64,000 nt of DNA from Octopus sinensis (lineage: Eukaryota), in NCBI RefSeq assembly GCF_006345805.1, contig NC_043001.1:87854001-87918000 (forward strand). The letters are read 5' to 3'. The notes under the pieces are model-generated. The model had not been told where the DNA came from, did not search any database, and saw only the letters and a program-made list of their open reading frames with translations. The position numbers and the translations under genes are program-made. Of this stretch, positions 63,765 through 64,000 are shown piece after piece (the stretch's first letter is position 1; each line of letters starts with the position of its first letter).

Positions 63765-64000
63765 TGTAAAAAGTACCAACCAATCGTGGCCGTTTGCCAG
63801 CCTCCTCTAACCCCTGTGCCGGTGGCACATAAAAATCCCCCACTACACTCACGGAGTGGTTGGTGTTGGGAAGGCCATCCAGCTGTAGAAACATTGCCAG
63901 ATCAGACTGGAGCCTGGAGCAGCCTCCTGGCTTCCCAGACACCGGTCAAACCATCCAACCTATGCTAGCATGGAAAATGGACATTAAACGATGATGATGA
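63765..64000 (+). mobile_element. RTE 3' tail copy ending in (ATG)n
   Basis: ...GCATGGAAAATGGACATTAAACGATGATGATGA at the window end. Confidence 0.8.

Noticed and set aside
61382-64000. STUB1 exon 3 (coiled-coil region)
   Set aside because: No matching peptide with splice sites found; it lies beyond the window.

Overview
AT-rich, repeat-dense eukaryotic genomic DNA with spliced genes and no prokaryotic features (no CRISPR, operons or rRNA). The repeat families suggest an octopod cephalopod; this is recognition from memory, not a database result. Three + strand host genes are supported: (1) the last six coding exons of mitochondrial cysteine desulfurase NFS1 (1187-9602), where the simplest in-frame splice uses a non-canonical GC donor at 1345; (2) an intronless ORF (24711-25466) for a signal peptide + death-domain-like + transmembrane protein resembling the TMDD1 family; (3) exons 1-2 of STUB1/CHIP (34501-34590, 61183-61381) separated by a 26,592-bp intron. 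The rest is a patchwork of tRNA-derived SINEs, RTE, CR1-like, Penelope-like and R4/Dong-like retroelement remnants, a decayed ORF1-only (RRM-like + CCHC) element, mariner/pogo/Merlin-like DNA elements, non-autonomous Helitrons, several long fold-back hairpins and large microsatellites. Almost all ORFs in the supplied track are spurious. Exon, TIR, TSD and hairpin coordinates were counted by hand; repeat boundaries are approximate. I did not find a clearly new multi-gene system; the TMDD1-like gene is the best candidate for an uncharacterised function.
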